Positions 39,401 to 51,082 of a DNA stretch of 64,000 nt are shown here, piece after piece. Position numbers and translations under genes: made by a program. The DNA comes from Octopus sinensis. Its lineage: Eukaryota. The DNA lies in the NCBI RefSeq assembly GCF_006345805.1, contig NC_043008.1, positions 68,324,001 through 68,388,000 on the forward strand, given 5' to 3'. How positions within the stretch are numbered: the stretch's first letter is position 1; each line of letters opens with the position of its first letter. Below the pieces are notes generated by a model, which had not been told where the DNA came from, did no database searches, and saw only the letters and a list, made by a program, of their open reading frames with translations.

Positions 39401-42237
39401 ACTCATTTACTGTTGTAAAGTTAGAAAAATAGGTTTTCTATATTTGTTTTTAGCTTTACAACTATAGTTCAATGTTTATAAATATGAAACAGTATATTTA
39501 TTAGAGCAAGGTATTTTACATCTGGATAGAGACCATTCCTGCTGCTAGCCATTCAACTATGAAATATGAGTGAACTGGTGAGCCATACTATGCTGTAGTT
39601 TGACTTGCGAGAAATAGTAATCAAACATCCTTCCAGTTACTCACTACCATCTTAAATAAAAAGAGGTAATATTTATCCCTATTTAAACATGGATGTTCCG
39701 TTAGAACAAACAATACTGCAGTAGATACCATGAAAGAAGTTCTCATATTGGCTTTATAGTGCACAATGCACTCGTTTATATCTCTAGCAGGGGGAGATAA
39801 ATCCCTGCCATTTCCAGCACCAAGAACACGTGATTTCAACCTTTTTTTATCTCCTCAGTGATGGACAATGGTGATGTCGATCATCATGTCTCATATCTTA
39901 GTATCTGGTCTCCCTTAATAAAGAAGGGTACATTGGACAATATATCCATTTGTTGCAGTCTTTCATGAAATCCAGCATTCTGAGATCAAACCTAATCACT
40001 TCTTTTCATATATCTATGCGTGTGTGTATGTCTTTGTGTGTTTCTTATATTTGTGTTCCTCTGAAAAATCACTGACGTACATGTGGCAGTGTTGCCATTT
40101 CACCTGCGAGTAAACAATTTGTTGATTTTGTACCTTTGAAAATATGTGGAATAAGAGATCCATTACTTGAAAAAACAGGTAAGGGTAAGTGACACGAAGG
40201 TCATCCAGCTGTAAAACAATGCCTCAACAATATATTTGTCTAACTCAAGCTAACATGATAAACAAACTAATCAAGTATACATGAAGGATCTCCATATAGT
40301 TTCTTATTTCTTTATTGCCCACAAAGGGCTAAACATAGAGGGGACAAACAAAGACAGATTACATCAACCCCAGTGCATAACTGGTACTTAATTTATCAAC
40401 CCCAAAAAGATGAAAAGAAAAGTTGACCTCGGCGCAATTTCAACCCAGAACATAACAGCAGATGAAATAATGCTAAGCATTTCACCTGGCGTACTAACGT
40501 TTCTGCCAGCTTGCGTCATACAGTTTCTGTTTACCAATACCACCTAAAAGGTATTGGTGAACTCAAAGGTATAGTTGAAGATACTTGTCAAGAAGTGAGC
40601 TGGAACTCATACCTTTCACCAATATTAAGAAGGGAAGTTTTATATCAGGAAAAGATGTAAGCATCAGTGGAAATTTGGTGCTCTTTGAACATAGTTCATG
40701 GAGATATAGGAGTTTCCTTGTAACTGTTGATGTTAGATATAAGTGAATTTGGAAACTGGTCAGAAACCTGTATCAAATGACACTATTGTTTACAATTGCA
40801 TGGAAGGAAAGTGGAAAGCAAAGAATAGAATTGGAAACTTTTGCAAGTGTCAATGGGAGTGCAGAATGGTACAGGCTGTGGTGTGGTGAGCCTTTTTTTA
40901 TTGTTGAAGCCATCATGTACTCTTTGTGTTAGGTTTGTAAGTAGCATGGTTGTTAAGTGAAGTGGTTTCAATTCCTGTTGTGATTTGGAGACAGGATGTT
41001 GGTGTTGGTGAAGTTCATCATATTATTTTTGATCTTTTACTTGTTTCAGTCATTTGACTGTGATCATACTGGAGCACCACCTTAAAGGGTTTCAGTCGAA
41101 CAATTTGACCCCAGGACTTTTTTTTAAACTCTTGCCAAACTGCTAAGTTACAGGGATGTAAACACACCAATGCCAGTCGTCAAGCAGTGGGGAGGACGCA
41201 AACACAGACACAAAGATACACATACACACACATATATGACAGGCTTCTTTCAATTTCTGTCTACTAAATCCACTCACAAGGCTTTGGTTGGCCCAAAGCT
41301 ATAGTAGAAGACACTTGCTCAAGGTGCCACGCAATGGAACTGTATATACATGTATACATATATGTATCATCATCATTTCACCTCTGTTTTCCATAATGGC
41401 AAGTCAGAAATATGAGTCTTGCAGTAAATGAGATACATGGCTATATCAGTAGGAGAGAGCACAGAGAGAGCTATATATATATATACAAATTGAGATAGGG
41501 GTTGTAAATGCAACCCTCTATGGGATAACGTATATCCAATATACTGCTAGTGAAGTACCCAACAAAGTTAATACATAAATGTTAATGATTGCGATGCAAT
41601 CAATTCATTTACTGTATTATATGGGCAAAGGTAAAATGATTTACCACAAATTATTAATACAAGATAAGAAAATGGAGAAATACATCTAAATCAAATATCA
41701 ATTACCAGATAATACTCAATCACATACTTTATTAAACCACCACATAAGAGACTGTAGGATTAAATATAAAAAGCAGAACAAATCAGGGGAGCAAAAGAGA
41801 GAGAGTCAATTGATAAGACTCAGAGATTTTCAATATAGAAAATACTTAGTAGTGCACAAATGATTTGAACTTACACTCTGAAACCTTCCCCTATTGGTTG
41901 CATATCCTTGACCTTTTGTGAACATCTACCAACATTATGAAGTAATTCTGAGACCCCCAGAAGCAGATGTCGGACCTGTAACACCATACCTTCTCCCCTT
42001 AATTTTCTGTGTCTTTGTGTAAGTTTGCTCTGTTAACATATAAATATCTATATATTTATACATAAATATTCATCATCTGAATATTTTCAGTCTTTGCTTT
42101 CTCTCTATTTGCATGTATATATGAATGCCTATTTTGCATATATAGCCCAAGTAGTTTTATTTGCATCACTCTCTCTCTCATATATATATATATCAGCAGC
42201 ATTTAACATCTGCTTTCTATGCTGGCATTGTATGTAT

Positions 42238-42602
42238 GTATATATATAAAGCTGAAGTTGTCTGTGTATGGCAGGTTTGGTAGCCTTCAACTAACATTAT
42301 CTCCTCCGAGACCCTGTGGCGCAAGTTGAACAAAATTGAGAGTATGATAGAAGAAGAAAAAAATTCAAATCGGATCATGTTAACACCAAAAATTATTTAC
42401 ATCAAAAAGGTGCTTTTTTTCTATGGAAATCCCTATTTTTTAATGATTTTTGACTGCTGTCACCATTTTTCGGTGAATTTCAACCAGAAAAATGTTCACT
42501 TAAAGAGAATAACAAGCTACATAATGCAAAATTTTTACTTTTCAAAAATTCCAATTCTAAAGGGTCAAAACAAACTTGAGCAACGTTGGGCGATACTGCT
42601 AG
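42238..42602 (+). mobile_element. Non-autonomous Helitron-like element, second subfamily
   Basis: 3' end GAGCAACGTTGGGCGATACTGCTAG nearly identical to that of 3740-4135. 5' end is TATATATAAAG. The interior differs. Confidence 0.7.
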
Positions 42603-43940
42603 TATATATATATATGTTAGCAGCGTTTAACATGTTTTCTATGCTGGCATGGACTGGATGGTTCAACAGGGGCTGGCAAGCCAGATGACTGCATAAGCTC
42701 TACTGTCCGCTTTGGCATGACTTTTATGGCTGGATGCTGTTCCTAATCTCAACCACCTCACAGAGTGTACTAGGTACGTTTTTCATGACACAAGCACCAC
42801 TTCGATTAGCAACTATACGAGGAACCAGAGTATTGTCCTGCAAACAGCAGTGTACACAAGAGAAACTTGGAAAAGGATTGCCAAGATCACTTCCAGGGAC
42901 AGAATCACAATCTCTGGAGTCATGAGAAGAGTCAATCAGCACAGCCTGCAGGAGGTTGTGGAGGAAATAAAAGTGAAACTTGTAGGTCATATTTTCCAAC
43001 TGCCAGAAGAATGAATATCCTATTTCTTTACTATCCACAAGGGGCTAAAACACAGAGAGGAATATCCAAAACAGCTATACTATGGGTAGCAATAGAAGGA
43101 TGAAGGAAGAAAGGGAGACCCAAGAAAACATGGTGTGCCACCTTCAAAGAAGATCTGAAGTAGCTATACTCAAAATCAGAATGATTGTAGATGTCTTACT
43201 GCTTGATGTACAAGCTAACTATAGGCAAGGAACTAAGGCTACACAGTAGATGCAGACATGGCATAGGAGCAGACATGGTTATAAAGTTGAGAAGTTTTTC
43301 CTTAACCTTATGGTTTTGGGTTCAGTCCCATTGCACGGCACCTTGGGCAAGTGTCATCTACTATAGACCCAGGCTAACCAAAGTCTCATAAGTGGATTTA
43401 GGTAACACAGACTGAAAGAAGTCTGTCATATGTATATGTATATGTATGTGCATATAAAATTTTTTACTTTTTAGTTCTTTCAGTCAGCAAACTGTGACCA
43501 TGCTGGTGCACTGTTTTGATGGATGTATTCTTTTATTCTTTTACGTGTTTCAGTGATTTGATTGCAGCCATGCTGGAGCACTGCCTTAAAGGGTTTTAGT
43601 TGAACAGATTACCTCCAGAACTTATTCTTTGTAAGCCTAGTGCTTATTCTATCAGTCTTTTTTGCTGAACTGCTAAATTACGGGAACATAAACACACCAA
43701 CACCTGTTGTCAAGCAACGGTGGGAGTTGGGGTGGGGCAAACACAGACACAAATTCTTATATATATATATATTAATTGTTATCGCCATATTAATATGGCA
43801 TTCTTATAGATATAAGAATAAACGCTGCCGCTGATTAGCTCCATGAGGCCATCGCCTTAAGATAGCTATTGATACACAATCTGTATCCATTATAACCTTC
43901 GAACAAGACGTCAGTGGCGACACCTGCTAGGTCTGACTAC

Positions 43941-43983
43941 GCTACATTGACAAGGGGCAAATACCCTGAAACGCGTCTGTAGC
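43941..43983 (+). ncRNA. Minimal type I hammerhead ribozyme, locus A copy 1 (U3-A8 core variant)
   Basis: GCTACA|TTGACAA|GGGG-CAAATA-CCCT|GAAA-CGCGT-C|TGTAGC. Stem I is GCTACA/TGTAGC and extends through GTCTGAC/GTCGGAC and CTGCTA/TGGCAG. Stem II is 4 bp and stem III is the palindrome ACGCGT. Predicted cleavage is after GUC at 43977. Confidence 0.8.
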
Positions 43984-44304
43984 TGTCGGACTGGCAGTGT
44001 GAAGCGGCTGACCTCCCTTGTTCGAAGGTTATAATGGATACAGATTGTGTATCAATAGCTATCTTAAGGCGATGGCCTCATGGAGCTAATCAGCGGCAGC
44101 GTTTATTCTTATATCTATAAGAATGCCATATTAATATGGTGATAACAATTAATTTCCAGTAACGCTGCCGTAATCTCTTTTATAGAGACTTAGTAATTTT
44201 AATATTTCTATTATTGAAAACAAGTGGATGTATTCCACTGAAACTAGGTAAATAGAAACCTTTGAACAGAGACGTCAGTGGCGACACCTGCTAGGTCTGA
44301 CTAT

Positions 44305-44347
44305 GCTACATTGACAAGGGGCAAATACCCTGAAACGCGTCTGTAGC
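44305..44347 (+). ncRNA. Minimal type I hammerhead ribozyme, locus A copy 2
   Basis: Same core as copy 1, with a perfect GTCTGAC/GTCAGAC stem I extension. Predicted cleavage after C44341, 364 nt downstream of the copy 1 site. Confidence 0.8.
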
Positions 44348-44572
44348 TGTCAGACTGGCAGTGTGAAGCGGCTGACCTCCCTTGTTCGAAGGTTATAATG
44401 GATACAGATCGTGTATCAATAGCTATCTTAAGGCGATGGCCTCATGGAGCTAATCAGCGGCAGCGTTTATTCTTATATCTATAAGAATGCCATATTAATA
44501 TGGCGATAACAATTAATTTCCAGAAACGCTGGCGTAATCTCTTTTATAGAGACTTAGTAATTTTAATATTTC

Positions 44573-44623
<51 letters not shown>

Positions 44624-45223
44624 CACACACACAATGGGCTTCTTTCAGTTTCCATCTACCAAATCCACTCACAAGGCTTTGGTTAGCCTGAGGCTATAGT
44701 AGAAGACACTTGCCTAAGATGATATGCAGTGGGATTGAACCTGGAGCCATTCAGTTGGGAGGCAAGCTTCTTACCACACAGCCACACCTGCACCTATAAC
44801 AAAAAAAAGAAATGGAAAAGAGACCCCAGTACTTTTTGTAAGCTTAGTACTTATTCTATTTTGAAGAACTGCTAGGTTACAGGGACATGAACAAATCAAC
44901 ACTAGTTGTTAAGTAGTGGTGAGCAAACACAAACACAACAGGCTTCCACAAAGTTTCCATCAACCAAATTCATTCACTAGACATTGGTTGGTTCAGGTTA
45001 TACAAGTAGTAGTTGACATTTGTCCAAGATGTCAACCAGTAGGCCTGTACCTGAAACCTCATGGTTGCAAAGTGAGATTCTTAACCACACATGCATGCTT
45101 TTGTCTCGAGATGTGCCGAAGATTTTCTATTTTGGATATATTTGGGGTACTTAGGTCTGCTCAAAACTTAGTGCTTGCTTTTTCCATGGGTATGAGTAAG
45201 TATTTCACTTATATCTCACGTAT

Positions 45224-45284
45224 TTATCGCTGAAGAGGGGAAAATTCTTATGAATTAACCCCGAAATTGAGACCAATACGGTAA
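45224..45284 (+). ncRNA. Type I hammerhead ribozyme, locus C (canonical core)
   Basis: TTATCG|CTGAAGA|GGGG-AA-AATTC-TTAT-GAATT-AA-CCCC|GAAA-TTG-AGAC-CAA-T-A|CGGTAA. All three stems pair. Predicted cleavage after AUA at 45278. Confidence 0.82.
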
Positions 45285-45406
45285 TAACGGATTTTTTAGA
45301 AATTTCTATCGGTTTGTTTCGAGACGCATAAATTATAATGGTTATAGACAATTTTTGTCTTTTTTTCAGCATATTTGGCATTAGAATTTTTCTTTTGCCC
45401 TTATCT

Positions 45407-45475
<69 letters not shown>

Positions 45476-45565
45476 CATAAGAGATATATACACACACCCA
45501 GCATACACTCTAAAGTAGTTGGCATTAGGAAGGGAACCCAACCACAGAAACCAAGCCAAAGGCAG

Positions 45566-45795
45566 TGAGTTGGCAGAAACATTAGCATACCGGGCGAAAT
45601 ACTTAGCGGTATTTCGTCTGCCGCTACGTTCTGAGTCCAAATTCCGCCAAGGTTGACTTTGCCTTTCATCCTTTCAAGGTCGATTAAATAAGTATCAGTT
45701 ATGCACTGGAGTCGATGATTTCAACTTAATCTGTTTGTCTGTCTTTGTTTGACCCCTCCGTGTGTAGCCCCTTGTGGGCAGTAAAGAAATAAGAA
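45566..45795 (+). mobile_element. SINE family B (~220 bp, ends GGGCAGTAAAGAAATAAG)
   Basis: Close matches on the minus strand at about 1155-1375 and 40305-40515, plus many degenerate copies across the window. Confidence 0.8.
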
Positions 45796-47089
45796 ACCAA
45801 GCCAAATCAGATTACTGAATTAGGTGCAGATCTCTGGCTTGCCAGCTCCAGTCAAACCATCCAACCCATGCCAGCATGGAAAACAGACATTAAAGGATGA
45901 TGATGACATGTAAGACAATTACAATGAATATGGAGATAAGTACATTTGCATTTTTTTTTTCCTACAGTCGATTATACAGCATATTTGATTTAAATTTGTC
46001 CAATGCATATTTCTGCTGCATAGGCAACTAACAATTGCATTTGCATCCAGTTACTTATGACTGGTTATTAGTCTATACAACTTTAATCAAAGTCAGCACA
46101 CCATAAATTCTTGATTTAACAAAATTATTTCCTCCTCTGGAGGATATGCCATAATTATCAGAGACCAGCTCATGAGAAGGGAGATAATCGCTTGACTCAC
46201 TCCAAAGTTGACATGACATGACATGAAAAGCACAGGTTATTGTCTGGACATAAAAGGACAGCCCTTGACACATATTTCCGGCTCAAACGCCATCACCAGC
46301 ATAAAAATTGTCCAACCTTATTTCTAGTAGCTAAGGGACGTGCGTGAGTGCGTTAGTGTACCCTGGTCTCGATTTCGCATGATAGCTGTAAACGAGTATC
46401 ACAGTCATACAAATGGTGTCCTTTACTTGCAACCTTCCGTGAAAACGTATATGGCCACGGGGAAACCCTGCTTACTTGGAAACAGGGGTGGGTTGATGAC
46501 AGGAAGGGCATCTGGCTGTAGAAAACTTGTTGCTTCCACAAATTCCATCTAACCCATGCAAACATGGAAAAGTGGATTATTAAAAGTATTGTTTTACTTT
46601 CTTTACTGTTTTCTGTGTTGGGAATGTTATGGAAAAGGTGCAAGTATTTTTGCTGTGTGTGTATGTATGTGAGAGAGAGAGATTATTGTAATTTTCTGAT
46701 GTTGATGGTAAGGAAGGGACATGAGGAAGCTACTAAGTGGTTGCTTGACATGCAAAAAATTGCTGCTAAACTCCCCTCAAACAGTAATTAACGGTCTTAA
46801 GATAGTTGACTATATTAAATATACAGGATAATCTGTGTCTGTGGAATATGGTTGAGACCAAAATAGAGGAAAGAAGTGACACAGGCAACTTGTAATTTCG
46901 AACTTATTTTAGGAGGACAGAGGCATGAAGGGAGAGAATAAACAAGTTACCAAAATACCACAGGAGAGAAACGAACACGTTCATTCACTTCACAGTAAAC
47001 ATAATTATTATTATATAAAAAACTGCTTCATATTTCATTTCCTCTATAGCATCAACCCAGCTTACTTGTACAATAGCTATCTAAATTAC

Positions 47090-47400
47090 GATTTTAGTGT
47101 AGATTACATGTCTAAAATACGACACACGTGTACGTTAAAATATGGCACAGGTGTTGTCGTTTAGGTGTTTAAATAAGGATTCAGTTGTAATTTAGGTGTC
47201 TAAACTACGGGTCAGTATTAGTTTAGGTATGGAAAATACGATTAATGTGTATGTCTAAATGTACGAATACAGCTCGGGTATGTTTTAGTGTCTAAGTAAC
47301 AACTCAATTGTAGTTTATACATTTAAAATGCGGTTCAGCGGTAATAAAGGTGTCTAAATCACAACAGAAGTGTACTTTATGTTTAAAATAGTGACAGCAG
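47090..47400. repeat. ~31-bp degenerate minisatellite downstream of COX16
   Basis: Units such as TTTAGGTGTTTAAATAAGGATTCAGTTGTAA and TTTAGGTGTCTAAACTACGGGTCAGTATTAG. Confidence 0.65.
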
Positions 47401-47941
47401 TTACAGTTAAAAATAACATAAATTAAACAAAGGTTTGGTTTTATCTCTATTTTAAAGTCTCCGGTGTTAATTTAATAAAGAACATAAATCTTGTGTTTTA
47501 AATTTACCAAACAACATGCTTCGATATTTCAAAACATAATTGGTTATGTTTTATTCAACTAATAAAGAAGTTGTTAGAAATTAATAACAGTCTAGCTCCT
47601 CATTCATTCATTTTTACCAAATCTGACTTCAACTTTCATTTCTTCCATTAAAAGCCGGTAAATATACTAATTAAATTTAATTAAACAAGACTAACAAATT
47701 TTCTGCTTTATATCAAGTTAGGGATAATGTTAACCAAAGTTAGAAATTTACTATTATTTTTCCTTGTATATTATTTAGAACAATAGAAACCCCACAAATT
47801 ATTTTAGACACTATAACTACAGTTTAAAATAAGTAATTTGCTTTTAAACTGATGTACAAACAAAATTAATTTGTTTATATATTTGACAAACTTCTATGAC
47901 GCGGTAAAACTCACGCTTCTTCAATTAACAAAATGTTACCT

Positions 47942-48262
47942 TCAAGAACTGGCCTTTCCCCTTTGTAGATCTTGTACTGTTTTCGAATCTTCCCAAGGTC
48001 GAGGCCCTCGAATGTTCTCCCAAGTATCAAGATCCTCCTTTTTCATTTCGTCGTAGATTTTCTCAAGTGTTACTGGTTCCTCTTTAGCTTCAATTCCTGT
48101 TTTTTCGGCGATTTCCTTAGCAGATGTGATTTCCGATTTCCTAAACTGATACCTCAAAGTTGCGTATTCTTTAAGTAAAAAGGAACCACCCACGATTAAA
48201 GTGATGAACGGAAGACCATGCCGTACAAAACGACTCTTGACAAGGAGACGGGAACGTCCCAT
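47942..48262 (-). CDS. COX16: Cytochrome c oxidase assembly protein COX16, single exon, 106 aa
   Basis: Intact ATG-to-stop ORF. N-terminal TM segment HGLPFITLIVGGSFLLKEYATLRY and C-terminal WENIRGPRPWED match the COX16 family signatures (human [23 protein letters not shown] ... WKNIRGPRPWED). Confidence 0.95.
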   Translation of the reverse strand: MGRSRLLVKSRFVRHGLPFITLIVGGSFLLKEYATLRYQFRKSEITSAKEIAEKTGIEAKEEPVTLEKIYDEMKKEDLDTWENIRGPRPWEDSKTVQDLQRGKASS

Positions 48263-49869
48263 AATATATCACAGACTTACAGCAGTAATAAAGACATTTA
48301 TCTGTTCCGGGGAATTTATAGATTTCAATCACTTAGATTATGAAAGGAATTTTTGAGGGTAGGTGAAGAATTATCGATGGTTCTAAAGAATATGTATAGA
48401 CAAGGTATATGAAAGATCACCAGCTGAAGGTTTTTACTTTGAAGTAGCAAGGGACGTAACTCTGAAAGACCGCTATTATTTGGAGAATTTAATGTTGGTG
48501 GAAGTTTTAGTGTTGGAAACTATAGAAGTTGCAATGTATTGTTCCAGCAACTTCTGGGAATAATAGAGATAAGGGAGAAGATTACAAAGGTGTAAATGAG
48601 AATGACAATGCGGTGAGAATGATGTCTGACACTTATATCAAGAACGAGAGGCTACACAGTGCTGAGGTTTAATTGAGAGTATATAATGTTGAGATTTAGC
48701 TATGGTCTGAGAGTGGACAGTGTTGAAGGTATTTAGTGTTGTTGCTTAGTGAGAGTATATAATGTCGACATTTATCTAAGGGTACGCGATATGAAGGTTT
48801 AGTGTTAAGCTGCCATGTATTGTTCTAGCAGCTTCTGAGAATCGTAATGATAAAGAAAATGATGACGAGGGTGACGATATGCTGAGAATTATCATCATCA
48901 TCATCATTTAGCGTCCGTTTTCATGTTGATATAGGTTAAACTGATTGGAAGCGGTAAGCTGGGGAGCTGCACCAGACACCAGTCGGTTTTGGCTTGATGT
49001 ATTGGGTATATTTTTCTTGCCACTGGCACAGGTGCCTTTAAGGTGTCATTAGTACAAGTACCTTTCATGTATCACCAGCACTGCCGATGACTACAATTTC
49101 ACTTAGCATGACCATGTCTTCTCAAGCACTGTAAATCACCAAAAGTCTCTGTCACTTGTCATTGCCTCCAAGAGTCTCAACATCTATAAACCATATTTCA
49201 CCACCTTGTCCTATATCTTCCTAGATCTACCTCTTTCACAGGTTCCCTCCACAGTTAGAGATTGGCACTTCTTTACGCATCTGTCTTTGTCCATACGCAT
49301 TACATCACCATACCAGCACAGTCTTTGCTCTTGCACACTACATCTGATCTCTTACATTAATGTAAAGAATGAAAGGATATATATAGTGGATGGATTTGAC
49401 TTTAACACTCATTTGCTGTGTAATTTGCTGATAGGAAGCAACAAATTAGATCATGGCAAGATTCAGACCCTAACCATAGAAAGACAGCATGAAATAGAGT
49501 TTCTAATTTAGACACAAAATTAGAATTTTAAGGGGAAGGAGGTAAGGGGATGATATCAATTCAGTATTTACTAGTACTTTATTCTCTCAACCCTGGGAGC
49601 TTGAAAAACAAAGTTGGCTTTGATGGGATTCAAACTCAGGAGGCAAAGAAACAGAGTAAATAATGCAAGGCCTTTTTTTACCAACAATCTAATGATTTAC
49701 TAAAGCACTAGACATTTAGTCACTCATTTTACTAAACCTCTGGATCAGGTAAATATATAAAGAGGTGTCTAGAGCATTGAATAATATAAACATATAAGAT
49801 AGGCATTAACATAAACACACACACATATGTATGTATGTACGTACGTACGTATGTATGTATGTATGTACA

Positions 49870-50045
49870 TGAAGCCCAGTTACAACTACAGCCGGCTATT
49901 ACCAGTAAAGGTTTTAGTTGCCAATTTTGTACAAGACATTGTAGATCTTTAGCTGGGCTAAAAAGTCACATTCGATCACAGCACCAGTAACAGTTAAGCT
50001 TCGTGCAATGGCCATACTCGATAACGAGGGGGCAGCCATAATAAT
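49870..50045 (+). mobile_element. RTE-like extreme 3' fragment with C2H2 finger
   Basis: CQFCTRHCRSLAGLKSHIRSQH followed by a short RTE-like tail. Confidence 0.6.
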
Positions 50046-50813
50046 GTATGTATGTATGTATCATCATTTAATGTCTGTTGTCCATACTGGCATGGGTTGT
50101 ACAGTGTGACCAGAGCTGCAAACTGGAGGGCTGCACTAGACTCAAGTTTGATTTGGCATGGTTTCTATTGTTGGATGCCCTCCCTAATGCCAACCACTTT
50201 ACAGTGTGTGCTGGGTGCTTTTATGTGGTACTGCATGGGCGCTTTTATGTGATGCTGCCATGAGTGCTCTACACCACCAGAAGGATCAGTCTTAACACTT
50301 CTGCTGTGGGGTAGAGGTCTTCTTGAGTATGGCCAGATGCCAGGTATCTTGTTCCTTTATTATCTCATCTGAAAGGTTCAATCTTCAGTACTTCATCTCA
50401 AGTCTTCCTGGGCCTCCTACTTCTACATGTTCCATCCAATTTGAGAGATTGGCACTTCCTTATAGAGTTATCAGTATCCATCTGCATCACATGACCAAAT
50501 CAGTGCATATACACACACACATATATATATATATATCAACAATTGAGGGTAAAATTAATTAATCAATTTCACCAAGTGTTCAGTATGTAAAAGGACCATT
50601 TAAGGCGAATTCAAAATATTACATTATATAATTAGGGCTTAGTAAAATAAATTACTTTGCCACATACTGGACTTAGTAGAAATAGCAGCCAAAAAAAAAT
50701 TTTTTTAGCCATTTCTACTACTTAAAGAAAATTTCTCTCAGATAATGTTTACTCCAGACAGCTCACGAAGGTTTGGAGGTAAATACAGAAAAATATCACA
50801 AGTACATAGATCG

Positions 50814-50876
50814 TTTGAGTACGTCAACGTTTCAAGATTAGCCAAATAAAATCAGCATTTCTTTCGTCAGCTCAAA
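50814..50876 (-). ncRNA. Type I hammerhead ribozyme, locus B left arm (antisense copy)
   Basis: Exact reverse complement of 51083-51145, with an intact CUGACGA/GAAA core. Predicted cleavage at 50820 on the minus strand. Confidence 0.75.
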
Positions 50877-51082
50877 ATTTCTTAATTTGGATTTGGAAAC
50901 ACTAAAAAGAAGGAACTTTACCTCTTGGCGAACTTGTCGCTTCAAATGAACCAGCTCCAACTGCTAGTGCCAACAAATTCAAAATTTGTTGGCACTAGCA
51001 GTTGGAGCTGGTTCTTTGAAGCGACAAGTTCGCCAAGAGGTAAAGTTCCTTCTTTTTAGTGTTCCAAATCCAATTAAGAAAT

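Larger units (their letters stand above)
43771..44578 (+). mobile_element. HHR-bearing repeat (Penelope-like pLTR or non-LTR retrozyme): 137-bp inverted arm plus tandem 364-nt units
   Basis: 43771-43907 is the reverse complement of 44017-44153 (1 mismatch). About 43908-44215 is directly repeated at 44272-44578. Both ends lie in (TA)n inside a split SINE. No ORF. Confidence 0.7.

Noticed and set aside
1805-39870. Other CTGANGA heptamers (e.g. 1808, 5892, 12838, 14277 minus, 25106, 39855 minus)
   Set aside because: No stem II followed by GAAA and no stem I or III pairing.
42326-42688. 120-aa ORF
   Set aside because: Lies within the Helitron-like element and flanking repeat, with no recognisable domain.
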